In this document: one piece after another, positions 1-7,724 of the stretch
How the letters are laid out: each line of letters starts with the position of its first letter
Position numbering within the stretch: the first letter of the stretch is position 1
Source of the DNA: Candidatus Hermodarchaeota archaeon
GTDB taxonomy: Archaea; Asgardarchaeota; Heimdallarchaeia; Hodarchaeales; Hodarchaeaceae
Direction: 5' to 3'
DNA: 32,000 nucleotides
Assembly: GCA_048886185.1 (NCBI GenBank)
Contig: JBHLKY010000006.1
Location: 60,001-92,000, forward strand
Translations under genes and position numbers: made by a program
The notes under the pieces: generated by a model
Databases searched by the model: none
What the model was told of the DNA's origin: nothing
What the model saw: only the letters and a program-made list of their open reading frames with translations

Positions 1-1110
1 TTCGTGGGCAATAATTAGTTCTTGATAAAATTCAGGGGCATCAGGGTGTTGATCTTGAATAGATTCTGATATTTGAACCTGACATGGATACTCCATCCCG
101 CTATAAAATCCATATGCTTCTACCAAGTTGTAAGTAGCATAAGGATATGAACCATAAGAATTCATAAATAGAAGGAGCGAATTGACAGCTATATCAAGTG
201 TATGTTCCGCCCAGGAACCAGTACTGTGAGGTAAATAATAACTGCTTACATTAATACTATTATCCCCGATTATTGTGGATTCAACCTGAAAATACCGCGA
301 AGCAGAGAAGACTACTTCACGAACAGGATAATGAGGATTGTAGTAATTTTTGGTCGTTATTCCATCAGTTGAACTGTAAATCAATTCACCTGTTGCTGCA
401 ACAATCATTCCAGTTGGTACCTCAACCATTAGGTCATAATAGGCCATATCAAAATAGAAGGGATCACCAATAGAAAGATATGGGTCAATATTCCAGCCAT
501 CATATTTGTCATACACACAGGGTATTGGATAAAATGCAGTACAAGTAAACATGCGTGATCTGTTACTATCAAAACCATAAGAATTTGCCCTATCTTGACC
601 ATCAGGAAGGGTGGTATTAAAGACTATACGAAGCGAGGTACTTTGATTGAATTCAAGAGGTGAAGAAAGGTTCACCCACATTAATTGTTGATCAGAAAAA
701 ACCTTATAGGGGAGATCAATGGAAGGAGAACCTGTAGTTGTGACATTAAAAATCAAGATATCTCCTTCCCGACTTTTGAATTGCATACCAGAAGGATAAA
801 GATGGAATGGAATGGAGTCAAGTGTGATTGGATCATTGTTGAGATAAACCACTGTTAAATTGCCTTCAATTACTGATAATGCTTCATCTAATTTTACTGA
901 CAATGATAGATTTGAAAATATTCCTTCTTGCTTAATAATATCACTTTTAGCATCTCTATTTACAAGTGAATTCTTAATATTCTTACTATTGCTTGTTAAT
1001 AAGCGATTTTTACTAGAATTCAATGTGATTTCAGCCTTGAAGTTTTCTAGACCAGTAATGAAAATAAGAGAAAATATAAACACCAGTATGAAGACCTGTG
1101 ACTTTCTCAT
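1..1110 (-). CDS. Secreted/membrane M1-family zinc aminopeptidase (partial, runs off the left edge)
   Basis: Not in the ORF track because it has no stop in the window. Manual translation from ATG 1110 gives MRKSQVFILVFIFSLIFITG (signal peptide), FYPIPCVYD...GDPFYFDMAYYDLMVEVPTGMIVAATG, the exopeptidase motif SGMEYP, and IIAHE at positions 1-15 (start of HExxH). Confidence 0.88.
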   Translation of the reverse strand, partial: MRKSQVFILVFIFSLIFITGLENFKAEITLNSSKNRLLTSNSKNIKNSLVNRDAKSDIIKQEGIFSNLSLSVKLDEALSVIEGNLTVVYLNNDPITLDSIPFHLYPSGMQFKSREGDILIFNVTTTGSPSIDLPYKVFSDQQLMWVNLSSPLEFNQSTSLRIVFNTTLPDGQDRANSYGFDSNRSRMFTCTAFYPIPCVYDKYDGWNIDPYLSIGDPFYFDMAYYDLMVEVPTGMIVAATGELIYSSTDGITTKNYYNPHYPVREVVFSASRYFQVESTIIGDNSINVSSYYLPHSTGSWAEHTLDIAVNSLLLFMNSYGSYPYATYNLVEAYGFYSGMEYPCQVQISESIQDQHPDAPEFYQELIIAHE

Positions 1111-1388
1111 GGAAGGATTTTTCCTATTTATTTTTCTTGGAATATTACTGAGACTGTACATTCCATCATATTGAAGAGAACCAGACCAAACTTCTCTAAC
1201 ACCTGATTGGTGATATCTATGAGCTATTCTACCAGAATTTGATCTGTTTTGTCTGTTAGCTGGCTGGAAATGCTTTGTTTTTCCATTTTTTCTGCGTTTG
1301 AGATTTATCCGAATTATAATATATATCAACTCACTTTGAGGAATTATTAATTTCAAGTTTTGGAATTCAAATATTAGTTTAGAAACTA

Positions 1389-1409
1389 TTCGATTTCCGA
1401 ATACTCGAA
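1389..1409. promoter_or_regulatory. Copy 1 of a 21-bp motif (TTCGATTTCCGAATACTCGAA), candidate operator
   Basis: 19/21 identical to 2188-2208; lies in the intergenic region upstream of the M1 peptidase gene. Confidence 0.4.
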
Positions 1410-1498
1410 AAATATAGTTAACCCCAAAACAAATTTATCTGCATAAATCTTCATTATTTTAAAATTAGGGGGCTGTAGAGGGCTTTTCAGAAAAGAAC

Positions 1499-1762
1499 TT
1501 ACCCATACTGCTGCTTAGAATAGCTAATAAATCGATTAATATACATCCAAGAGTAATAGTTCATTAGAAGAACTCCGTTTAGTAACAGTTGGAGACTAAT
1601 AATTAAAATGATCCAAGCAGGAATTGCCAGTACAGTCCAAGGCATTAGGGGACTCCAAAGAATAACAACAAGAAAGAATATCCCTAGTCCACCTATAATA
1701 TTATAATTCAGAATTCGTCGAAAATTGTCATCCTCGAGTGCTATATTATAATTCAGGATCAT
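1499..1762 (-). CDS. Small membrane protein (about 2 TM) downstream of the PadR regulator
   Basis: Hydrophobic segments IIGGLGIFFLVVILWSPLM and WTVLAIPAWIILIISLQLLLNGVLL; starts 13 bp after the padR stop on the same strand. Confidence 0.6.
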   Translation of the reverse strand: MILNYNIALEDDNFRRILNYNIIGGLGIFFLVVILWSPLMPWTVLAIPAWIILIISLQLLLNGVLLMNYYSWMYINRFISYSKQQYG

Positions 1763-1775
1763 TCATTTGGTGAGT

Positions 1776-2147
1776 TCACTTCTCTTCAGTCAACAGTTGA
1801 TTGATAAGGGATTGAAGATCCAGCCAATCCCTTTTCTTTTCGTTTAAAACCTGCACTCCCTTTTGAGTTAAAGAATAAACTGACTTTTGCCTAATAACTC
1901 CCTTTGAATGGGAAGTAGTTTCTTCAATGTCTTTGGCTAATAACCCCATTGATTCTAATTTTACCATGTGAGGATAAATAGTTCCTGCTCGAAATGAAAT
2001 CATATCATTAGTCTTTGTTTTAATATCCCTAATCAGCTCATAAGTACTGGAACTCTTCTTATTATTTAATGCCGATAAAATAAGTAATGTAGATAAATCT
2101 TTCCCTAAATACGAGTTATATTCACGGGAAGAATCATTATGGCCCAT
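1776..2147 (-). CDS. PadR-family transcriptional regulator
   Basis: LLILSAL...TYELIRDI...GTIYPHMVKLESMGLL...KSVYSLTQKG...W matches the PadR winged-helix pattern. Confidence 0.9.
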   Translation of the reverse strand: MGHNDSSREYNSYLGKDLSTLLILSALNNKKSSSTYELIRDIKTKTNDMISFRAGTIYPHMVKLESMGLLAKDIEETTSHSKGVIRQKSVYSLTQKGVQVLNEKKRDWLDLQSLINQLLTEEK

Positions 2148-2187
2148 TCAAACCATAAGTATATAAATTTAAGAAATTTATAAATTG

Positions 2188-2208
2188 TTCGATTTTCGAA
2201 TATTCGAA
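2188..2208. promoter_or_regulatory. Copy 2 of the 21-bp motif (TTCGATTTTCGAATATTCGAA), with perfect palindrome TTCGAATATTCGAA
   Basis: Perfect 14-bp palindrome at 2195-2208, about 40 bp upstream of the padR ATG and adjacent to a TATA-like TTTATAAAT. Confidence 0.5.
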
Positions 2209-2536
2209 TGAATGAAGAGATTTAATGACATGAAAGGTCAAAATTTTCGAAACCGAGAATCCTCGAGTAGTTCATCTAAAGACCACTCCCTCAGAAGGTC
2301 TGAGATAGTACGATAAATATATCGCTTACTATAATTTATAGCCGTCTTAAATAATCCATCAATGAACTGGGATTCGTCCTGCAAATGAACTCCTTCATAT
2401 CAAAAGAAATGGAAGTGGTTCATAAAGCTAACTAAATAGGCAGGTTTGGCTGTAAAAAAAATGCTTAAAGACAAGAAATAGTCTTGGAAAGTGACTGTGA
2501 TCACTAGACCACTATCAGGATAAAGGAGCTATACAA

Positions 2537-2962
2537 GTGAATGATGTTGACACTGCTGTAAACTGTTTTTATGATAGAGATAATTGTGCTCAGGCAATTT
2601 TATCAACATTTGGGCCAAGATTAGGATTAGATAAAGAATTAAGTTTAAAACTGACAGAAGTATTCAGTGGGGGGATGGCACATACAGGAAACATCTGTGG
2701 AGCAGTAACAGGAGCATTCATGGTGATCGGGCTTAAATTCAGCGATTTAGATGTGAAACATCAAGAAGCTATGCACGATCGAGCTAAAGAATTTATACGG
2801 AAATTTAAAGAGAAATATCACTCCATAATCTGTAGAGAGTTAATCAATTATGATTTAACAACAATTAAAAATAGGAAACATGCAACTGAACGAAAAATAT
2901 TCAAAAACTGTCCAAAGTATGTTCGTGACGCGGCCGAAATTCTGGAAGACATGCTTTATTAA
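2537..2962 (+). CDS. C-GCAxxG-C-C family putative redox-active protein
   Basis: NCAQAIL, GNICGAVTGA, CREL and C-terminal CPKYV; GTG start after an AAGGAG RBS. Confidence 0.9.
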   Translation: MNDVDTAVNCFYDRDNCAQAILSTFGPRLGLDKELSLKLTEVFSGGMAHTGNICGAVTGAFMVIGLKFSDLDVKHQEAMHDRAKEFIRKFKEKYHSIICRELINYDLTTIKNRKHATERKIFKNCPKYVRDAAEILEDMLY

Positions 2963-3046
2963 AGTAGAAAATTTTTTCCTGATTTTTAATGTCACTGTCC
3001 TAAGAAATAAAATATAACTTCTATTTGTTATTACTTGTGCATTATT

Positions 3047-4642
3047 ATGAAAAAACTGGGGATATTTCTTTCTTTCCTTCTCATCATTGCTTTTACATCC
3101 ACTTTATATTCACCTGCGGTACCTGAACCTTTCAATATCATTACTTTTTCAGAAAATGACTTACTATCCCAAAAACCCATGTACCATCCATACTATTACC
3201 ATGTTGAACCTACACTTGTGATTACCGCCAATGGAACCCTTTTTGCAGGTTGGAAAGATGCCACCTCCCATAGTGGCATTGGAAGACGAGTAAGCTTTAC
3301 CAAATCCGTGGATAATGGCATCACATGGACAGAACCACTGACCATGCCGTTTCCTCCTGGATTGGAATGGAAAGCGGGGCAAAGTGATCCGTGGATGACG
3401 TGGGATGAAGAGAATGAGATCTTGTATTATGCATATCTCGAATATGAAGATGATTATTTCCTGAATTTTACGGGATTTTCGCAAATCACGGTTGCTAAAA
3501 GCACTGATTACGGCCAGAGCTGGACTATCGTTCCTGCATCACACGGGTTTGGTTTTGCGGATAAAGAAACTATAACAGTCAGTAATAATGGCACAGTATA
3601 CATGGTTTATGATGACGCTGATTTCACTTCTCCCGATTTAGATATTTACGTTCGTTTAACTCGATCGACTGATGGCGGGGAGAGTTTTAAAGAAGTTAAT
3701 GTCATCACTGATTCGATCACTCGACCTATAAGCCCATTCGCCCCCTATGTTACCACAAATAGTCATGGGCATATATATGTCGCGTGGATGCAGTATACTG
3801 ATGAAGATGCAGACGGGCGTCTTACTTGGGGCGATGTTTATCTGAGTTATTCTACAGATCAAGGAGAAACGTTCTCAGATCCTATCGACATCAATCCATA
3901 CAGCGAAAACTGTTCCTCTTCAGGAATTGTAGCAGGAAGAGGGACGTTTCCTGTAATCCGTTTTGATGCTCAGGATCGGTTATATGCACTCTGGGCAGGC
4001 AAATATGATCCTGATATTAATGCGAAATGGGATGTTTTTATTAAATATTCAGACGATTATGGCCAAACATGGAGTCCACGATATCGAGTGAATCCACGGG
4101 CCAATTGGGATCAATGGCATCCGGAAATGGCTATAGACTCATTTGGACGTGTTCACGTAGTCTATTATGACATGTACGAAACTGCAACAGAATTCCGGCC
4201 ATATTATCGAATGATTGAATTTGCTGATAATCTAACAGGAACCCCTATCTTTCATGATGCCATCCCCATAGCCAGTAGATATACAGACTATTATTTCAAG
4301 CGTCCAGGCGAATACTTTGCCATTAAGTTTGATTCGATTGATAGGCCGCATGTGGTGTGGACCCAAGGAGAAGGCGAGCGACGGGGGCCTTTGAATATAT
4401 ATTATGCCCATGGGCTAACTGAATCTGAACTTCCGATACCAACAAGCACTCCAGAAGCATCAACCACCCCGACAACATTCATTTCAACATCGCCACAGAC
4501 ATCATCTGGGATTCATGTAGCTAGCTCTACCACAAGCTCAATGACATCAGAAAGCACCACAAGCACAACATCAATAGCTAGTTTCATTTCTATTTTCTGG
4601 GTTATGTTTTGTCTTCTATTAGTTAAAAGGAAGAAAACCTAG
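3047..4642 (+). CDS. Surface-anchored Asp-box (BNR/sialidase-like beta-propeller) protein with S/T-rich linker and C-terminal TM plus basic tail
   Basis: Signal peptide MKKLGIFLSFLLIIAF (ATG 3047); five Asp boxes (SVDNGITW, STDYGQSW, STDGGESF, STDQGETF, SDDYGQTW); S/T-rich stalk; ends FISIFWVMFCLLLVKRKKT. Confidence 0.88.
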   Translation: MKKLGIFLSFLLIIAFTSTLYSPAVPEPFNIITFSENDLLSQKPMYHPYYYHVEPTLVITANGTLFAGWKDATSHSGIGRRVSFTKSVDNGITWTEPLTMPFPPGLEWKAGQSDPWMTWDEENEILYYAYLEYEDDYFLNFTGFSQITVAKSTDYGQSWTIVPASHGFGFADKETITVSNNGTVYMVYDDADFTSPDLDIYVRLTRSTDGGESFKEVNVITDSITRPISPFAPYVTTNSHGHIYVAWMQYTDEDADGRLTWGDVYLSYSTDQGETFSDPIDINPYSENCSSSGIVAGRGTFPVIRFDAQDRLYALWAGKYDPDINAKWDVFIKYSDDYGQTWSPRYRVNPRANWDQWHPEMAIDSFGRVHVVYYDMYETATEFRPYYRMIEFADNLTGTPIFHDAIPIASRYTDYYFKRPGEYFAIKFDSIDRPHVVWTQGEGERRGPLNIYYAHGLTESELPIPTSTPEASTTPTTFISTSPQTSSGIHVASSTTSSMTSESTTSTTSIASFISIFWVMFCLLLVKRKKT

Positions 4643-4676
4643 TTGATACTTTGAATCAATTCAAAAAATAGATAAT

Positions 4677-4703
4677 AATTCCCTTCCCAAGAATAAGGGG
4701 ATT
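4677..4703. terminator. Possible hairpin between convergent genes
   Basis: AATTCCCTT-N9-AAGGGGATT, a 9-bp stem with one G-U pair, between the convergent stops at 4642 and 4729. Confidence 0.3.
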
Positions 4704-4728
4704 GAAGGGGATCAATTAATGAAGAATT

Positions 4729-5139
4729 TTAATATAGCAAGACATTCTCCTGACTATCAGAGGAATCTCTCGCTGTTGACGTGTCATTTTTTGACTTGAG
4801 AATCCGAATGATATCGTTTCGTGTAAGAAGGAAGATCCGAATACGATCAGCTAAGGACCGTGCGGGATCAGAGAAGACATTCGTGATGATGAGCATTTTA
4901 GACAGAAGACGAGTGTTCTTCATTATCTTTTCAGCCCGAATCACAATATCCACACCGACAGCTCGTTTCCAGTCCTTTATAATGACCCCAATTCCCTCAT
5001 TTTCTTGACCATTTTGAATAACGAAATGAACCTCGTTGTCTCGAAAATGGCTGACATCTTTATCGACAACTAATCCACGTTGACGACAATACTCGAGCGT
5101 GAGCTCTTCTAATTCAAGTAATTCATAATTAATCTTCAT
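4729..5139 (-). CDS. Mrr-like restriction-endonuclease-fold protein, catalytic residues apparently degenerate
   Basis: Start reassigned to ATG 5139, which overlaps the upstream stop and follows an AAGGGG RBS. The pattern EVHFVI...IIKDWKRAVGVDIV...ITNVFSDPARSLADRIRIFLL resembles Mrr_cat, with H at the expected Asp and I at the expected Glu/Gln. Confidence 0.7.
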   Translation of the reverse strand: MKINYELLELEELTLEYCRQRGLVVDKDVSHFRDNEVHFVIQNGQENEGIGVIIKDWKRAVGVDIVIRAEKIMKNTRLLSKMLIITNVFSDPARSLADRIRIFLLTRNDIIRILKSKNDTSTARDSSDSQENVLLY

Positions 5140-6259
5140 GATAAATCCCCTTAAAGGTGATACGAGCATCCACAGAGAACGATGTCTCAAACGCAAGATG
5201 CTCTAAAATACCAAAAATAGCTTTATTAGGCCGATAAGCTTTTTCACGTTTATCACGATCAGTTGATTGTTCATAAATTAACGTACCACTCAACAAATCT
5301 CCTAAGTGGTGACTGATCGTACTTTTAGTTTTATTCATTAACCGAGTCAATTCTTTATGAATAATATACTGCCGCCTCTCAAAAGGAAGCGACTCATTCT
5401 GAACCTCTCTCACGAGGATCTCACGGAGGATGGGAATTTTACTCGGAGAGAAATTGTTCAGCACCTCAGGATCAATACCAAAGGTAAAACGAAAATCAAC
5501 AAAACTAAGAGAAGAATTTAAGGAGAAAAAATCCTCCAAAATGCTAATGGCGACACCAGGATTCCCAAAGGTAATAGAGGCAATGTTAGAAACAGTATTA
5601 GCAGGAATATACGGGATAGTTTGTTCACGATAGCAGACACGGAGGCGACGGTTCAGAAGGTTAGTGATCTCAATATGATTGAAATGAGGCATGGAGAGAA
5701 AATGTTGATAGGAAGTGTCCCCTTGTTGAATACAGAGACGACGATAGATCTCAAATTCGGTACTATCCATAATAGCAATGATTTTAGGGGAAAGAGGGGG
5801 AAAGGGAGAGTTTACCGTGAGGAGTCTGCGGAGAGTTTTATGAAGCAAAAAGGCATCATCCAGAAAGATAACATCCGCAGAACTCCAATCGATTGGGGGA
5901 TCTGAACCAGTCGTTTCCTTAAAAAAAGTGGAGGCGTCTTGATAGACAGCAGAAATGTTTAATTTCTGACTATACGCCTCAAAAATACGAGCAAAAATGG
6001 TTTTGCCCGTTCCACGAGGGCCCTTAAGAATTAACAGATCATAGGAAGATTCTTCAATAAATTCGACAATCTTGATAATGAGATCTTTGTACTGCTGATT
6101 CTCATCGCCATAAAAAGCATGAGGATCGTGGAGAGGGAGAAGAGGATCACAAGGATCATAACGGTATCCCAATTCCTGTAATCGCTTCTTTTGTTTGATG
6201 TCACGATCAGCATTTTCAAAGAGGGAATCGAGAGGATCATCGAGGGGGTGGCTACTCAT
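5129..6259 (-). CDS. AAA+ (ExeA/STAND- or Cdc6-like) ATPase with C-terminal ArsR-like winged helix
   Basis: N-terminal LGYRYDPC, Walker A GPRGTGKT, Walker B VIFLDD, lid ITFGNPGVAI, wHTH HKELTRLMNKTKSTISHHLGDL...DKREKAY. Confidence 0.85.
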   Translation of the reverse strand: MSSHPLDDPLDSLFENADRDIKQKKRLQELGYRYDPCDPLLPLHDPHAFYGDENQQYKDLIIKIVEFIEESSYDLLILKGPRGTGKTIFARIFEAYSQKLNISAVYQDASTFFKETTGSDPPIDWSSADVIFLDDAFLLHKTLRRLLTVNSPFPPLSPKIIAIMDSTEFEIYRRLCIQQGDTSYQHFLSMPHFNHIEITNLLNRRLRVCYREQTIPYIPANTVSNIASITFGNPGVAISILEDFFSLNSSLSFVDFRFTFGIDPEVLNNFSPSKIPILREILVREVQNESLPFERRQYIIHKELTRLMNKTKSTISHHLGDLLSGTLIYEQSTDRDKREKAYRPNKAIFGILEHLAFETSFSVDARITFKGIYHED

Positions 6260-7584
6260 GGAGACTCCCTCCGAGCAAAGAGAATGGACGAGGCTTCAAT
6301 ACTATAACGACGATGGGTTAACCGCTGATAAACAGTAATAATTTCTAATGCACTGGCAATTTGAGAATCCCACTCAACACAAAAAATTTTTGACCGAGCA
6401 TCATGAACATCATCAATTGTTGCTAGAATAGGGACAGGTTGAGAGGTAGTGAGTGGTTTGAGATGATAATTCATTGTTGAAAGGTTAACCCCTAAGTCTT
6501 TCGCAAGATCAGAGCTACGTAGGCCATCCACACCAGTATTAGGAAAGAAAAAGCGTTCCCGTAGATGATGACTAAGCATTAAAGCAATGATTTCTCGACG
6601 CTTTGGCGTGAGAATACTAATGGGTTCCTCATCAACGTCAGTATCCATAGATTCAACCAGCCGAACTGCTTCCTCATAACCCAATTCTTCTATTACTGGA
6701 GTAATGACATTCACGGTCGCTTTATCAGTGTCAAGAACAATTAATTCGTGTAAACAATCCGAAGCCAGCTTTAACGCAACAGATGGGATCCCAAGACTAT
6801 AATCAGCAATTAATTCAAGAGCTTTATCAGTAAAGAGGCTAGTAGGAGTCCGAGCAACTTTAAGGCGTTGATTTACGAGTTTGATGATTTCATTCTTGGA
6901 AAAAACCGGGAAGAAGAAATGTTTGGGATTAAAATAAGAAAGAAAGACCCGAGAAAGCATTAGATGTTCTTCTTCCAACAGAACGGTTAAGGTCAGACTG
7001 TTAACAAATCCAATGAGGATGACTCCATGCTGGGCTTGAGACTCAATATCAGAAATAAAATCCCGAATCTGGGGAATAGCTGCAGTTCCAGTGATAGTAT
7101 AATCTAAACTGTTAATAAAAATGATGAGAGGCTTTTCAATAAATTTTATTTGGGAGAGGAAACTTTCATAGGTCTCGAGGGTTTTGGAAGAAGAGCCAAA
7201 GGGCTCGAGAAATTCAGGTAATTCGCGCCAAGTAGCCAAATCAACATAAAGAGTTTCAAAATCTTGAAAACCGATTTGTTTCCACTCTCTATCGAAGTGT
7301 CTAGCTAAGGAAGATTTACCACAACCACGTAAGCCATGAGCGAGTACATGACGAAAGGGAGTTTGAGGATCTTGTTCAAACAAACGAGTGGCATCACCAA
7401 TACGCAAAGCAAAGTTGTATAAGACATCCTCGCGTTCGATGAGAAAATCAGGATTGTAAGGATCGGGGTCAGAGCGGAAAGGATCATGAGAAAAGCCGAA
7501 ACGTTCAAAGGGGGATTCCCTAATGAGCTCTCCAGAACGACCAGCTTTTAACGCCTCACGAAGGCGATCAGCTAACTTAGTCAT
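6256..7584 (-). CDS. AAA+ ATPase-like paralogue with C-terminal winged helix, degenerate Walker B
   Basis: FERFGFSHDPF, Walker A GLRGCGKS, Walker B LIIFINS (no Asp-Glu), lid FTDKALELIADYSLGIPS, wHTH SSDLAKDLGVNLSTMNYHLKPL...DARSKIF; ATGA overlap with the next gene. Confidence 0.85.
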   Translation of the reverse strand: MTKLADRLREALKAGRSGELIRESPFERFGFSHDPFRSDPDPYNPDFLIEREDVLYNFALRIGDATRLFEQDPQTPFRHVLAHGLRGCGKSSLARHFDREWKQIGFQDFETLYVDLATWRELPEFLEPFGSSSKTLETYESFLSQIKFIEKPLIIFINSLDYTITGTAAIPQIRDFISDIESQAQHGVILIGFVNSLTLTVLLEEEHLMLSRVFLSYFNPKHFFFPVFSKNEIIKLVNQRLKVARTPTSLFTDKALELIADYSLGIPSVALKLASDCLHELIVLDTDKATVNVITPVIEELGYEEAVRLVESMDTDVDEEPISILTPKRREIIALMLSHHLRERFFFPNTGVDGLRSSDLAKDLGVNLSTMNYHLKPLTTSQPVPILATIDDVHDARSKIFCVEWDSQIASALEIITVYQRLTHRRYSIEASSILFARRESP

Positions 7585-7622
7585 ACGATCAAGTCACACT
7601 CGACAGAGATAAATCGCGAAAC

Positions 7623-7641
7623 CTCGATGTTTATAATCGAG
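7623..7641. promoter_or_regulatory. Palindrome CTCGAT-N7-ATCGAG enclosing a TATA-like box upstream of the AAA operon
   Basis: Perfect 6-bp inverted repeat with spacer GTTTATA, 39-57 bp upstream of ATG 7584. Confidence 0.4.
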
Positions 7642-7672
7642 AGGAATGCTTTAATAGCAAATCAAAGGTGAA

Positions 7673-7724
7673 AGGACAAGGACACATAGAGAGGAGGACT
7701 CACGACACCCCGAGGACAGGGACA
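7673..7724 (+). repeat. Direct repeat AGGACA(A/G)GGACA, two copies 40 bp apart, in a purine-rich tract
   Basis: AGGACAAGGACA at 7673-7684 and AGGACAGGGACA at 7713-7724. Confidence 0.5.

Noticed and set aside
273-1174. Plus-strand ORFs 273..473 and 860..1174
   Set aside because: Antisense shadows of the M1 peptidase on the minus strand; no motifs.
3164-3862. Minus-strand ORFs 3164..3484 and 3656..3862
   Set aside because: Fully antisense to the Asp-box protein.
5140-5196. ORF-track start at 5196 for the Mrr-like gene
   Set aside because: It overlaps the upstream gene; ATG 5139 has an RBS and a stop/start overlap.
4781-7508. Small ORFs 4781..5008, 5430..5633, 5621..5905, 6031..6240, 7305..7508
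   Set aside because: Antisense or alternative-frame shadows inside the AAA/Mrr operon.
5129-7584. Naming the two AAA-wHTH proteins orc1/cdc6
   Set aside because: The architecture is similar, but hallmark Cdc6 motifs (hhDExD Walker B, sensor-2 Arg) are missing and the N-terminus is ExeA/STAND-like; no symbol assigned.
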